64,000 nt of DNA, from positions 16,678,001 to 16,742,000 of the forward strand of contig NW_024704756.1 in the NCBI RefSeq assembly GCF_018977255.1. Reading direction: 5' to 3'. The first letter of the stretch is position 1. Every line of letters begins with the position of its first letter. Below the pieces are notes generated by a model. That model saw only the letters and a list, made by a program, of their open reading frames with translations, searched no databases and was not told the DNA's origin. A program made the translations under genes and the position numbers. Shown in pieces: positions 36,101-51,100 of the stretch. The DNA comes from Callorhinchus milii (taxonomy: Eukaryota).

Positions 36101-39100
36101 GGGCGGTGGACTGGGTGGGGAGGGTTGAGCGGTGGAGAACAGAAGATAAGAGCAGTTGAGATTATTGGAATGTGAGGTCGAATGGAGACCTTACGCTGGG
36201 ACTCACAATGTCAATCATGATTAGACAATCAAATTAGTTAGGAAATAATATCTGGGAGATACAGCTTCTAGTTTGGGACATGACAAGTGCAGGCGACAGC
36301 TGGGATAGTGGAAGGTGAATTGGATGGACCCTGGCCTTCATCGTCTAGAAAATTTAGAAAATTCTTATGTTCTTATGTTTTATATCTCTATTCCACCTCC
36401 CAATCTCTTGTCTTAACCATTCAATTCCACTCCCGCCCCCCGCCAAGAAAAATAAACAAGTCTGACGGGTTAGGAAGAATTCTAGATACATGAAAGGCAC
36501 TGTGTAAATTATTTTCTTATTCTCTTGAATTTAGATTTAACTGTTTTTTCCAAGTAGCCCAAACCAAGCGTTAAAAAAAAGTCTAAATGTATTTATTTTC
36601 TGATCCGATGGTGTGGCGCACTTCAAATTCGTTTCCTGTCAGGTACTGGGCGAAAAAATACTTTTAGTCTTAACTTTTAGTTGAGAAAGACTCACGTTCA
36701 GATGATACATTGGGCTCAGCTGAGTGGAGAAGAAGCAGACAGATGAAGGGAAACAGCTCCCCAGATCCCAGAAAGTAACTGCTAGACATCTTGCGAGTCT
36801 AATCCTCAGTCGATTTTATTTCCATTCCATTCACCTAGCTCTCGCTCTCAATGTGGTCTGATGACAATAACGGCTCAAGAGCAAGTGTTTCCTTCCCTGC
36901 GTGCGCTCTCTCTCTCTCTATCTACACACACATATATATATACATGTGTATTTCCTCTGTTCTACAACCCAGAGGCAATCGTCATTTCCTCACCAATGAT
37001 TCTCCCACACCAAAGTGCAGAACTTTTGCTTTGCTGTGATGCACTTTCAGGGATCTGAGAAAGAAAACCGCAGAGAAGTTAGCAAAGGAGATTAAAGTGA
37101 CCAGTGCAAGCAGGACATCAGCTGTCTTCAGAGTTTAGCAGCAGCTACAGATGACTGGACACCTGAGATTTAATCTGCTTGGTTCCCCATGTTCGGGATC
37201 CACTGAGACCACGTTTAGTTCAGACCCTGCAAGAATCAGCTACAACTTTCTAAGTGAAAGGTAAAAATAAATGGAATTATATTTAAATTATTATATGTGC
37301 CACAAACAGACAGCGAACCCTGAATTGTGATCCTGTTTGTGACAGAAAAGTTTATTTCCAAAGATCTTATTAGTTTCTGCCTCTGCCCCCACCCTTTGGA
37401 ACACCATCCCACAGTCCCTCCACCTCGGCCCCCCACCCCCCTTGCCTCCTTCAAGACCATCCTCTTCGACCGCACCTTTGGTCACCTCATACCCCTATCC
37501 TGTAACATACGGTCAATTCACTTTACAGCATATGCTTGAAGCGCTTTGAGACTTCTAGATGTGAAAAGCACTACATCTAATGCAAGGAATTATTATTATT
37601 ATAATATATTATCCTCTCTACCCACCCTCTTGATCCCAACCCCAGCATGGGTCCAAATCCTTGACTGTCCAGCGCCTTGGGATGTCCTCCTGATGTCACA
37701 AGCGCTGTGTAATTGTTGTTATTTAATCTCTACCAAGCAGGAGGTTTGCTATGCCCCATATCTATTGACTGAGCAGATTGCACAAGAACTTGCTTTATAT
37801 TAGAGCCACTCACGGAGCATAAGCATCTCAAAGTACTTTGTAAAGTAAAATTGTTAGAAACTGAGATGTGGGGGAGGTAAACACGACACAATCTGTACCA
37901 ACGAGGTCCCAGAAATAAGTTCACTCTTCAAATTGTAAGGTTTTCTTTTGTTTCATGGTTAACAATTAGACAAGTCACAACTTCTCACCATGGAGAGATG
38001 TTTCAGAGGGGACCATATCGAGACGTGCGTAAAATTTTAAATGGGATTGAAAATCTAAACCCCCAACGGGCTTCAGGATGGACCAAGACGGCAGAACGAG
38101 AGAACGAGAGATTTAGAGTTTCAAAGGAGGCAATTTCAGGACCGAGCGGGAGGTTTTCGGTATCCCCGGAAGGCCAAGACATTGGGCTCTTTTAAAAAAC
38201 CGCCTGATGCTGTGATGGAAGGTTTCGCTGTTCCTGATGGATGAGATCAAATGGGCCAAAGGGCTTCTTCATCCGAACTCACCTTGTGAGGTGAGGTTTG
38301 AGTTCAACCTCTCTCTCTCTCTCTCTCCCCCCTCCCCCTCCCCCTCTCCCCCTGCCCCACTTTCTCCCCCGCCCCTCTCCTCTCTCCCCCTGCCCACCTT
38401 CTCCCCTTGCCCCTCACCCCCCTCACCCTCTCTCCCCCTGCCCCACCTTCTCCCCTGCTCCCGCCCTCTCCTCTCTCTCTCCCCCTGCCCCACCTTCTCC
38501 CCTTGCCCCTCACCCCCCCTGACCCTCTCTCCCCTTGCCCCACCTTCTCCCCCTGCCCCTCACCCCCGACCCTCTCCCCCCTCCCCTCTCCCCCCCCGAC
38601 TCTCCCCCCTGACCCTCTCCACCCCTCTCCCCCCTCACCCTCTCCCCTCACCCTCTCCCCTCGCCCTCTCCCCTCGCCCTCTCCCCCCTCACCCTCTCCC
38701 CTGACCCTCTCTCCCCTCCTGTCAGTCACACTCCCCTCTTTCTCGCTCTGTCCCTTTAAACGCGAAGATGGTAACAGAGCGGAGGGGGCGGGGCCTGTGC
38801 CGGTGTCTGTGATTGGCGGAGAAGCGGCAGGAAACGGATACAATAATGTTACCACTTTGATCGACAGACGACCGGAGTCTGAGGCCCAACAGCTGTGATA
38901 GGGCCCGAGCCCCCCCCCCCCGAGCCCCCCACAGCCTGAGCCCCCCCACCCCGAGCCCCCCCACAGCCTGAGCCCCCCCCCGAGCCCCCCACAGCCTGAG
39001 CCCCCCCACCCACAGCCTGAGCCCCCCCCCCCCGAGCCCCCCACAGCCTGAGCCCCCCTACAGCCTGACCCCCCCACCCCACAGCCTGAGCCCCCCCCCG

Positions 39101-42100
39101 AGCCCCCCCACAGCCTGAGACCCCCCCGAGCCCCCCCTATAGCCTGACCCCCCACGAGCCCCCCCACAGCCTGAGCCCCCCCCCCGAGCCCCCCCACAGC
39201 CTGAGCCCCCCCCCCCGAGCCCCCCCTACAGCCTGACCCCCCCCGAGCCCCCCCACAGCCTGAGCCCCCCCCCCGAGCCCCCCACAGCCTGAGCCCCCCC
39301 CCCCGAGCCCCCCTACAGCCTGACCCCCCCACCCCACAGCCTGACCCCCCCCCCACAGGCTGACCCCCCCCACCCTACAGCTTGACCCCCCACAGCCTGA
39401 CCCCCCACAGCCTGACCCCCCCCACCCTACAGCCTGACCCCCCCCCCCCCACAACAACCCCACAGCCTGACCCCCAGCCATGCTGACCTCTCCAGAGCTG
39501 CTCACAGCCCTCCTCCTGCTGTCCAGCGCGGTCTGGGCCGCCGATGACTCCGAGTGGGTGAAACTGCCTGATAAGTGCGAAGGTGGGTGTGTGGTTTTTT
39601 TTTGGTGGTGGGGGGGGGGCTGTGTGTCTGTGTATTTCGTTGTTTTTTTTTAAAAAAAGAAAAAAGCGCCCGACTGGACATCATCAGCCACCTGGGGAGG
39701 CTGACCTCACCTACAGAGGGAGTGGGGGGTGGGGGGGGGGGGGGCTCTGCCACGGTCTGGAGACGATGATCACAATGTTGTTTGTCCTTTCAGGCAGACC
39801 AGTTCGGTCATGTTGCTGTTCATGATGATGGTGATGATGATGATGATAATAATAATCCTCGCATTTGATACAGCGCCTTTTATCGTGTCTCCGAGACGTC
39901 TCAAAGCGCTTCCCAGGATACGCTGTAAATTGGCTCAATGTTTTGTGGGCGAAACGCGGCAGCACACAGTGTGGAGAGAACTGGCCCTTAGCTATTAAAG
40001 GATTCTTCGGATTGCTTTTAAAATAATCACAGTGGGGGGAGGGAGAGGGGGAGGTGGGGTGGGGTGGGGTAGGGGGGGGGTTCTGAGTTTGTTACCTGTA
40101 CCAACACTATTGGGTTCTTTCTACTTGTTTTGTGAGCTTTGGGACGCCGTGGGCCTGAGGTCGGGATACTGCCGGGCAGACCAGACCGCCGGCTCCCAGC
40201 GACTGTGGTTGTCGGTGTTCAAACCAATTCCTGAATCCTTCTGATTTTTCTCTCAATAAATGGCGGAATCCAATGGTTATAAAGTATTACCCACTGAGTG
40301 ACTGAACAGAAGAAGTATTCCAAAGGGGTTGGGACCACTCGGCGGGTCAGGCAGCGTCTATGGAGAGAGGAAAGTGAGTCAACGTTTCGGGTCCACGACC
40401 CTTCGTCAGAACCCGAAACGTTGACTCACTTTCCTCTCTCCGTAGGTGCTGCCTGATCTGCCGAGTGTTTCCCAGCGACTTCTGTTCTTGTTTCAGATTT
40501 CCAGCGTCTTCAGTATTTTGCATTTAGGAGTATTATTCCTGTGGGAGTGCAAAGTTTTACCGGTTCGTCACAGCTCACTCATGTCTCACACGACTGCACA
40601 CGAGTGCCTCGTGACTTGTGTCCTTCCTCAGTAGGAATTTACGATGAGATGAGTTTTGGCAAAAGGAACTTCATTTTACTTTTAAATTTACTGGGGCGGG
40701 GGGGTGGGGGGGGGGAGGAGTTGAGTAAATATTGGGGCATTTGTTTCTATTTGATTGCACGGGATTATGTTGGGATTATGGTGCTGTGTTTTGAGAATTA
40801 AAGGGGTTTCTTGCATTGAGGTTAGATCAGGAATATAATGGGATGAACATTCTGCCCAATATCTTTCTGTGTTTGGGCCAAAACGTGAAGCGATCCTGAG
40901 ATGCTGATCACACCCGGAGAGAGGGTGAGGGAGTGACTGCGAATTGGTGGGAGGGCGAGCGTTCAAACTGCCCAGGCCAGGCAGCAGAGGCAAGAGCTTG
41001 TTAAACACTGTAAATAACCTGCTCTGTTTCCTGCTGTCTCGCTATAAGCGGAGGCTGGACGCAGGGGATAGACTGTTCCAGAGTTTCAAGGAGCTCACAA
41101 ACCCGCAAAAACCTCAGACTGTGTTATTTCTGCTCCGGGTCCATGTCCCACAGCAATGTTCACCTCTTGATTCGTTCCCCCATCAGTGTCCGCCTCTGTG
41201 TTTGTTCCCCCAGTGTGCAAATTCCTCTCCGTGGAACTGAAATCGGCCTTCGAGGAGACGGGGAAAACCAATGAGGTGATTGACACCAAATATGGCTTTC
41301 TGGAAGGAAAAGGGTCGAAAATAAAATACAGGCACTCGTAAGCATATCATTGCATGTCTGCGGTTTCATTTTATTACAGCGTTACATTATTTAAGTTTTT
41401 TTTTCCAGTTATTCCTCTTGCAATTGCCAGTTATGCTCTGGATCCATTTGTGAGTATGGTTTGATATTGCATTCCCTTCCATGGGAGTGGTGTTAGCTTA
41501 TAACTAGCATTGCCCGAGCCACCAGGGCTTTGGCTTTGTAGAGATGAGAATGTGTTTATACTGTACCGCCAAGTCCCATTGATGAGACAGTGAGCTGGCC
41601 ACATATCCTGACTGTATTTGTTGACTGTGGACCTTTCTGTGTTGTTCAGCCCCATGTGGTTACTCCTTTTATTAACCCCCCCCCCGACATAAATGAAGTG
41701 ACTAAGCCACCCTGAGAAGCGAAGCAGGAATGGTCTCTGCTGTGCAAAAGTTCATTCCTTTTTCTCTCTCTTCAAAGAGATATTCGGCTGATTGAAGTGA
41801 CCGAAAACATTTGCAACCGCCTGCTGCAGTACAACCTTCACAAGGAGAGGAGTGGGAGCAATCGCTTTGCTAAGGTGAGGTGAGGGGTGTTGGTTGAGCT
41901 GCTTTTACAGTAAGGGGCAATTCCTTGATGATGAAGGGCATGTGAGGTAAGGAGGGAGGATGTGGTATTTGAAAATGGGGTCAATTCATTCCTGTAACTT
42001 CCTGTGAAAGTATCTCCCTCCTCCACCCCTCACCCCCTCCAGCGAACAACAATAATAATGTGTAATAATCTGTATTTGATATAGCACTTTATCACGTCTT

Positions 42101-45100
42101 CGAGACATCTCGAAAACTTTCACAGAATATACTGTAAAGTGTAGTGACTGTATATTTTGTGGGCGAAACGGGAAGCCAGTTGAGCACAGCAGTGTCCCAC
42201 AAACAGTCATGGATTGAGTGACCAAATTATTATTATTTTTTTGAAGGGATTATTACTCCTGGAAAAATGATCCGCCAATCGACTAACAACCAGGTTCCTA
42301 CTTACTGCTAGGTAAACAGGCTTGCGGAATAAGGAAACTTGGCCAATGTTTCGCCCTGTCTGGGAATCAAACTTGGGTCCTCTCCCTCGTGAGGCAAGTG
42401 CACTAACCACTACACTACAGGAATCTGTGATGGGCATAGACAATGTTCTGGCGTAGTCACTGACATCGTATCGTTTCTGTTTGCAAACCAGGGGATGAGC
42501 GAGACCTTTCAGACCCTCCATGGCCTCGTTCATAAAGGTGTTAAAGTGGTGATGGATATCCCCTACGAGCTGTGGAATGAGACGTCTGCTGAGGTGTCGG
42601 ACATGAAGAAACAGGTACTTGAAGATCGGTTGTCACAGTCCCGGCCCTAGACTGAACGTAGGATCAGAGAATGTTACAGCACAGGAGGCCCCAATGTAGG
42701 GTGTTTTCTTCCATTATTAGTATTGTTTCAGGAACATACAAGGGCAAAAAAGATCATCGCGGTCCATCTCAAGTAAATAAGTGGTGTTACCCCTCTATCT
42801 GTCACACCCTTCAATTGATTCCTTCATCAAATAACTTGCTATTTCCCTTTCAAAGTTTGCTGGCAGGATCTGCCTCCCTGGCTTGTCAATTCCACACATT
42901 CACCTCTCTCACTCTCTCTCTCTCTCTGTCAAGCAGTTAAATCTGCCTATTCACTGTTGTTCTTCTTGGGCTTGGGTCCTAGTCTCCTTTAGGAACATAG
43001 GAATAGGAGTAGGCCATTCAGCCCCTCAAGCCTGCCACAGTTTTGAGTTCAGGAGAGTTGGAACAGAGTCGGGCTGATGCGAGTCAGTAAGGGATAGATA
43101 TTTGGTTCTTCTAACTTTTTAGGATCAGGTGGCAGATGACTGGTCAATCTCCTTTGAGAGGGAAGGGAGTGGAGGCTATCTCACCCTATTGTGTCCTATC
43201 TTTTGCTCCTCAGTGTGATGTGATGCTGGAGGAGTTTGAAGATGTCATTGAAGATTGGTACAAAAACCATCAGGAAGATGATCTCACCCACTTCCTGTGT
43301 GAACAGCATGTGCTGAAGTCTCACGAGAAGGGTATGGAACCCAGAGCTAATGGGGCTTGTGTTCATTTAATATGTAAAGTGGAGGAAAAATCAGTTTAAC
43401 TATCCCAAAGGTTTACTGTCTGGGATCTGCTGGGCCAAATATAGGAATGGGAGGAGGCCGTTCAGCCCATCCAGCCTGCTCCACCAGTGTACATAATTGA
43501 TCTGTCTGTTCTCTGGTGGACGTTAAAGCATCTCATGAGGCTATCGCAAAAGAGAAGGGAGCTTCTCCCAGTGTCCTGGCCAACAATCCTCCAGATGAAT
43601 CGAGCATTCACCTTGTTGGTGGGCGTTGGTGCACTTTGCAGCCCAAATGGTTGCCATGGTTGCTTACAATAAGTCACTATGCTTTACTGTAATTACTTGT
43701 GAAGAGTTTAGAGACGTTTCAAAAGTGAAAAGGAGGTATGAAAATGTCTTGAAGGTCTGTCCAGGAATTGTGTGTTTCAGTGCAATTTATGGCATCGTAT
43801 TGGAACTGTAGCGCAGTTTAACCACTTACAAATGGGAATGTTGAATGTGTTTCAGAATGTTTGAAAGAAGTGTGGACAGCCCAGAAAGGCGACTTGGAAG
43901 CGATTGACGAGAAAAAGAAAAAGAAGAAAAAGAAGACGAATGATGGGAAAAAGAAGAAGGAAGGGATCAAAAAGAAAGGGAAGAAAATGAAGGAGGTAAA
44001 GAAGCGAGAGGAAGGGGAGGACAGTGACCAGGAGCAGGGGCACAACAGCTCATCTGATGAGGAAAACATTCAACAGGAAACTCCACTGTTTCACAAACCT
44101 GATGAGCTGTGAGGAGTTGCGGAGATAGACTTGGGGTTGGAGCAGAAGCATTGCTGGTAACTTGTATCATGAGATTATCTATTTTGTGGTGGAGGTGTCT
44201 TGTACGTGGTTCCCCACAGTGCTTATTCTTTCCATTCCCCCTGTGTTCATACTACAGTATGGATGGTCAAAAAGCACCAACCCACTGTCGTCATCTTAAA
44301 CCGAAGTGAGCGAGACTGTGCACACTTAACTCCCCAGGAAAGACATGGCGGGGGTGGGAGGGGAGCGCGGAGGGTAGAACATCCCTGGGCCAGCAACTCA
44401 TTGAGTTAGTAATGGACAATGAATTCTAATACTTTTATAAGTGAATAAAGAGTGGATGTGAAAGTAGGTTTGGTGTTTTTCTGTGGGTGTTGGGTAAAAA
44501 TATAAACAGGCCTCTTGAGAACATAATTGTGAGGACATTGGGTCTGTACCNNNNNNNNNNNNNNNNNNNNNNNNNTGCAAATAATTTGATGTATCGCCTT
44601 ATCACGTCTTCGAGATGTCTCAAAGCACTTCACAGAATATACTGTAAAGTGAATTGACTGTATATTTTGTGGGCGAAAGCGGCAGCCAATTGCGCACAGC
44701 AATTGAATTGAGTGATCAAATTATTATTTACTGGGTTATTATTTAATTTATTTTATTAGTAGTTATTATTATTGAATATTGGGTCCCCACTGTTGTTTGC
44801 TGAATTCACATTTACAAATCCTTGTAATGCAACTCCACGCAGGTTTAATATCGTATTTTCCATCTTAATCATTTTCATTTTTGATTAACTTTGTTTTTCG
44901 GGGGGACATCTTTACAGAAAAACTCTGCAAATCACTGTACGGGGGCGAATTATCCAAATCCCAGGGGCCGCCTCACCACGACGAGTGGAAACCACTGCTG
45001 CTGATCATACCTCTACGCATGGGAATCAACCACATCAATCCCGTCTACATCAACACGCTGAAGGCAAGTCCAGGGCGCAGCAAGGAGGCATGAGCACTCT

Positions 45101-48100
45101 CAGCCTAGAGTTACTTAACGGGAGTGATTTCTGATTATTATCAGAGCTGTGATCATGAGGCTCTACCCAGAGCCTCAGTAGCACTCGTAGCCCAGGGTTC
45201 CAATGTTCTAATAACTCATGCTGTGTGAGTAAATGTTCCTCTTGTTTTCCTCCTCAGCACTTCCAGTGAAATCCTGAGTTTATGTCCTCATGTTACTGAT
45301 TCACCAAGTGGTGGGAATGTGTTAAGTGCAGTGATGGACTCCTGTCTTGCCTTCTCATACTACTATCACAGCTATTTAACAGCCCAGGGCAGCTGCTTAG
45401 CAACAGATTGATTTAAAAATAACTCTTGTCTAACACTCGTCTTCTTTTCTCTGCTAGGAATGCTTTAAGATGCCACAATCTTTAGGAGTCTTGGGAGGAA
45501 AACCAAACAATGCGTATTACTTCATAGGATTTATTGGTAAGAGACTGGAGTAATTAGCGAACTGCTCTCTTCAGTGTGTAACAGTGGTGAGGGATACCAC
45601 AGTAATTTGTGTTCCATGTCTAAACATGACATCCACTTATATCCAGATTTTATCTATGGAAGGGAGGGACAGATTGTAGACTGTGTCTGTGTGTACAGGC
45701 TGTATGGATTGTGTGTAAGTGTCAGCCTGGCTCAGTTGGTGGTGCTTTCATCTCTGGGTCAGGCAGTTGTAGATTCAGCTCCATGTGAGTATTTTAAGTT
45801 TATGTCCCGGCTGATACTTCGGTGCAGTACTGGGCAAATGCTGCATTGTTGGAGGTGTCGTCCTTCGAATGAAACCTTAAACTGAGGTCTCTTCTGTCTG
45901 TTTGTGTGGATCTTAAAGATTCAAGGGTACTATTGTATTTTTTCCATGTTATCTGTCCAACAGTCCTTGACAGTAATTGCTGTGAAGTATGTTTGTCATG
46001 ATATGTCTCTGTATAAATGCAAGTTCTTTGTTTTGCATCAGAATTATATAATATGAAGGTAGTTGAATGGGATTTATTCCACCTGCTGTTAAAATTTGGT
46101 GCTCTGTGTATATTTGAGCTGTTCTCTGCCGTCTATACAGGAGATGAACTAATCTATTTAGACCCTCACTCGACGCAGGCTGCAGTGGACACAGAGGAGG
46201 ACGGGAGTGTGGATGATCATAGTTATCACTGCCAGCGGGTGCCACATCGTATGAAGATCACCCAACTGGACCCCTCAGTGGCTTTGGTGAGCAACAGCAG
46301 CAAGCAGCACCCTGTGTGCCCTCTCAGCTTAGCCCAGCCCTGCCAGCATTGTGTTTGTGAGCAGCTGTGAAAGTTTATTTGAGGCAGTTATCTCTTCATT
46401 TTACCCAGCTTCCGCAATTGGTTCACGTTTGCATCCCTGGCAAAGAACCAATTCATTCACAGTGTAATTACACCTCCCCTGGGCAAAGCTACAGATTACA
46501 ATTACAGACATGTTTTTGGTTAAGTGTATTCTGTGTTGGAAGAGGAAAACAGGATGCAGATGTATAACCTCTGAGTTGGACACTTGCACAGATCGTTTTG
46601 CAACATTCATCCAGGTGGTGCTATTAACATGGAAAAATCTGGAGAATTTGTGTCTGGGCGATAACAGGCAAACCACACTTTTCTCTCAGCCTAACCCAGG
46701 ACCCGAGGCCTCATTAGAACTTGTGCAGATCTTAAATAAAATCCTGCGAAGAACACTTTTATATTAATTTCTTGGATATTAATGGAGATGTTCTCACAGC
46801 GAGGTGATCGAATCTGGAATGCATTGCCTGAACGGGTGGTGGAAGCTGATTTGATAACCACTTTTAAGAGAAGTAGATAATTTTGGGGGGAGAATATGTA
46901 TAATTCTATGATTCTAGACCCAGTGGAGTTCCAGATCTCTGCTCAGACAGATTCTCATGGCACGTGTTTCTGTTTGCAGGGATTTTTTTGCTACACTGAA
47001 AAAGACTTTGAAAGCTGGTGCAGTCTTGTGCAGAAGGTAGGAATGAAAGATTCTCTTGTGTGGTCTGATTTAAATCTCGTTTCCTCTTTTCTGAATGAAA
47101 CACTGCTTGGAATCTGCAGGGTCCATGTTTGTTCCCTCTTTGCAGTCTGAGTTAGCAAGGACTCAGCCGATCGAATTCCTCATTCTTGCTTTTGAATCCC
47201 TCCGTGGCCTACCCACCCCCCACCACACACTACCTCTAAATGTCGGCCTGGCTCTTTAAAGACCAACTCTTTCTCCCAACCCAGCATGTTCTGATTGTAT
47301 TGTTTGCATCACTCCACCCTGCTGCAAACTTGAATATATTTCTTTATACATCAAGTTCTGATGACATTCTCGGAGCACGGAGCCTGCAGGGGTTATTGAG
47401 TCCGCCAGCTGTTGTAGCTGAGTGAACATCAGCAGAGGTGTGTCCATTATCCCTCAGTGTGTTTCAGTGATCGTATGTTTATTCAGTTCCCCCGTACTGT
47501 ACCGGTCTCAGCCAATGTCTAAACATGAATATTAATAAAATACTGATCTTTACCATATCAAATCCCAAATGTGTGCTGACATTTTAACAATCAGTATCAG
47601 ATAGATTCAGTGTCATTGCTCCTGGGTTAATATGGATCTTATCAGCAGTGAATCGACCATTTTGACCTGGACTGCATCCTGACTCAGTTGGCAGCAATCT
47701 AGCATCTGGGTTGCATCAGGATTTTGAACTCTCAGTCGAGGCTGATATTCCAGTAAAGTGCAGGGGGAGTGCTGCATTGTCGGTTGAGCCATTAAACTGA
47801 GATCCCGTATGTTTGTTCAGATGGACGTTAGAGATCCCACTGAAATATTTAAATAAAACTGAAGGAAATCAAGTGTCATTAGCCAATGATTCTCAAGATA
47901 ATAAATTGGTCATTCACTTCATGACTGTTTGTGACGCATTACAAATTGGATGCTGCATTCGCCTGTAAATATACTGTCACTCATTTAACAGTAAATTCTA
48001 TGAAGCATTTTGAGTTGTGGTAAAGCGCTAGATCAAATTGCAAGGATTATTATTTGGAGAATTGATGCTGGATTCCAACCCATTTCCTTGCAATTTAAAG

Positions 48101-51100
48101 GACCTGTTCCTGGCCACTGTGCTACTGGGATACTTTTATCAAGAGATGCTGCTTACTCTGGTTTTGAATCGCTTGTCAGTACTGGCTTGATGACTGACTG
48201 TATGGGAACTGTTGTGTGTTTTTCTAAGTCACCCTTTATTATAAATGCCACCTTCCAGCTTTCCCCTCCCACATCCCCCTTGAATGAGACTTTAAACCAA
48301 GGTTCCCCTCCCATCTATGGGCTGCATGTTAAAGATTCCACAACAGTATTCGAGAAGAGTCGCTATCAGTGTTGTGGTAAACAGTGCCCTGATACATTGA
48401 GTTACTTTTACTTTAAATAATTTACTTCGTGGCTGTTTGTAGGACTTTGCTGTGCACACAATGTGCCCTCAATTGCCCAGACCCTACACTTAATTACTTG
48501 TGAAGTGCTACGAGGTGTTATGTCATTCTACATTGATATTACACGTAATACTATTAATATCAAAAGTGTTAGATCAAACAGAGGAGAGATTTCCCCCTCC
48601 CCCCATTGCAAATAGTCATCAACCAATAGTACAATTCCTTAATCCAACAATAGACAGAATTTACTTCTCTTGGGACAGAAACTCGAACAGTAAAAGGAGA
48701 CAATGTGTATCTTTGCTACAGGCAATATTTAATACAAATTAAACAGGAATACATGAGGCAAAAGGCATACATGAGGGTGAAGGGTGTAGAGGAATGTTGA
48801 GGGTCTTTAGCATAATCATCTACAAAGCTAACAGGAAAGCTGATCCTTCTCACAATGAATCCTGAAAGTATCTTGGAATAATACTGGTAGAATAGAAATG
48901 GAGAGGATCTGGCACATTGTGCCCTATATGCCAATAACCAAGCCAACTGAGTAAAGAGTAAATAAGCTTAAATACAGACATCCCCTTTACACTTCACATC
49001 TACATGTCCTGGATTCCATTCCTTTATCTCTCGACCCTGTGAAATCACCCAGTGGCTGACACCAACCTTCAATCGAAGTCAGTGTAACTGTGCGACACTT
49101 GCATTGTGGCAACTGGTCCAACTGTCGGGAGATTCCCGCACCCTCACCCCCTCCCTACACCCCGATACCATTCACACCAGGTGCTCTTGGTAAGTGGGCA
49201 CTTGGCCGCTGGAAATGAAAAGTGTATCTATTCTCTGCCCAAAGCTGTTCTCACCACTTTTGTCACCTCGAGCTCCGTGGCACATAAACAGCTGGGCCAC
49301 CAATTCCTTTGGAATTGCCAGAGCAGGGAGGCCAGGGTAAGCAATTCGGGTGTTGTGGAGTTTTGACATTTGTTAACAAGACAGACGTCACACTCGTTGG
49401 TGAGAGATTAAAGAATATCTTTCCCTTTCCTCCCCTCTTCCCTCTACCTATTGCCCCTGGGCTTAGTTCAGGAAACTCCACAAAGTGCAGTCTGACTTTT
49501 AACCTTCCGCTATCCTCCTCAGCTGCAAGCCGAGACCACCTTTAGCAACTTGCAGAGGGGTCTTTTCCTCCTTATTCTCAATGTAAATACTGGCTCCCTT
49601 TTCCACCAGCAGTTGGGCTTCCTCAGATCTCTCTTCATCACACGCCAAGTGCCTGGGAACAGAAGGCAAATCAAACCATGGTCAGGGTGCAATGGGGGAG
49701 AAAGCTCAATCATGATTTTAAAAACAACAGTGTACAAGTGTAACCCCACAACATGCGCGATGTCAACCCTAGAGATAAACTAGTCCACTCAACACACTGG
49801 ATAATGAGCAAGAGTGGATTGTCCCTCAGCTTCATGTTCCTCTCTTGTCAATGTTTCTCCACCAATTTGATGTATCGCCTTATCACGTCTTCGAGATGTC
49901 TCAAAGCACTTCACAGAATATACTGTAAAGTGAATTGACTGTATATTTTGTGGGCGAAAGCGGCAGCCAATTGCGCACAGCAATTGAATTGAGTGATCAA
50001 ATTATTATTTACTGGGTTATTATTTAATTTATTTTATTAGTAGTTATTATTATTGAATATTGGGTCCCCACTGTTGTTTGCTGAATTCACATTTACAAAT
50101 CCTTGTAATGCAACTCCACGCAGGTTTAATATCGTATTTTCCATCTTAATCATTTTCATTTTTGATTAACTTTGTTTTTCGGGGGGACATCTTTACAGAA
50201 AAACTCTGCAAATCACTGTACGGGGGCGAATTATCCAAATCCCAGGGGCCGCCTCACCACGACGAGTGGAAACCACTGCTGCTGATCATACCTCTACGCA
50301 TGGGAATCAACCACATCAATCCCGTCTACATCAACACGCTGAAGGCAAGTCCAGGGCGCAGCAAGGAGGCATGAGCACTCTCAGCCTAGAGTTACTTAAC
50401 GGGAGTGATTTCTGATTATTATCAGAGCTGTGATCATGAGGCTCTACCCAGAGCCTCAGTAGCACTCGTAGCCCAGGGTTCCAATGTTCTAATAACTCAT
50501 GCTGTGTGAGTAAATGTTCCTCTTGTTTTCCTCCTCAGCACTTCCAGTGAAATCCTGAGTTTATGTCCTCATGTTACTGATTCACCAAGTGGTGGGAATG
50601 TGTTAAGTGCAGTGATGGACTCCTGTCTTGCCTTCTCATACTACTATCACAGCTGTATTTAACAGCCCAGGGCAGCTGCTTAGCAACAGATTGATTTAAA
50701 AATAACTCTTGTCTAACACTCGTCTTCTTTTCTCTGCTAGGAATGCTTTAAGATGCCACAATCTTTAGGAGTCTTGGGAGGAAAACCAAACAATGCGTAT
50801 TACTTCATAGGATTTATTGGTAAGAGACTGGAGTAATTAGCGAACTGCTCTCTTCAGTGTGTAACAGTGGTGAGGGATACCACAGTAATTTGTGTTCCAT
50901 GTCTAAACATGACATCCACTTATATCCAGATTTTATCTATGGAAGGGAGGGACAGGATTGTAGACTGTGTCTGTGTGTACAGGCTGTATGGATTGTGTGT
51001 AAGTGTCAGCCTGGCTCAGTTGGTGGTGCTTTCATCTCTGGGTCAGGCAGTTGTAGATTCAGCTCCATGTGAGTATTTTAAGTTTATGTCCCGGCTGATA

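Larger units (their letters stand above)
32322..44550. repeat. 12.2-kb near-identical direct duplicate of 17622-29898 (probable assembly artefact)
   Basis: Starts at the same cacatcttagttcagg and ends at gggtctgtacc next to an N run. Differences are mostly 1-nt or homopolymer indels. Confidence 0.93.

Noticed and set aside
39480-44112. Genuine tandem duplication of CNPY3
   Set aside because: Apparently identical coding sequence, indel-type noise and adjacency to the N gap favour an assembly artefact.
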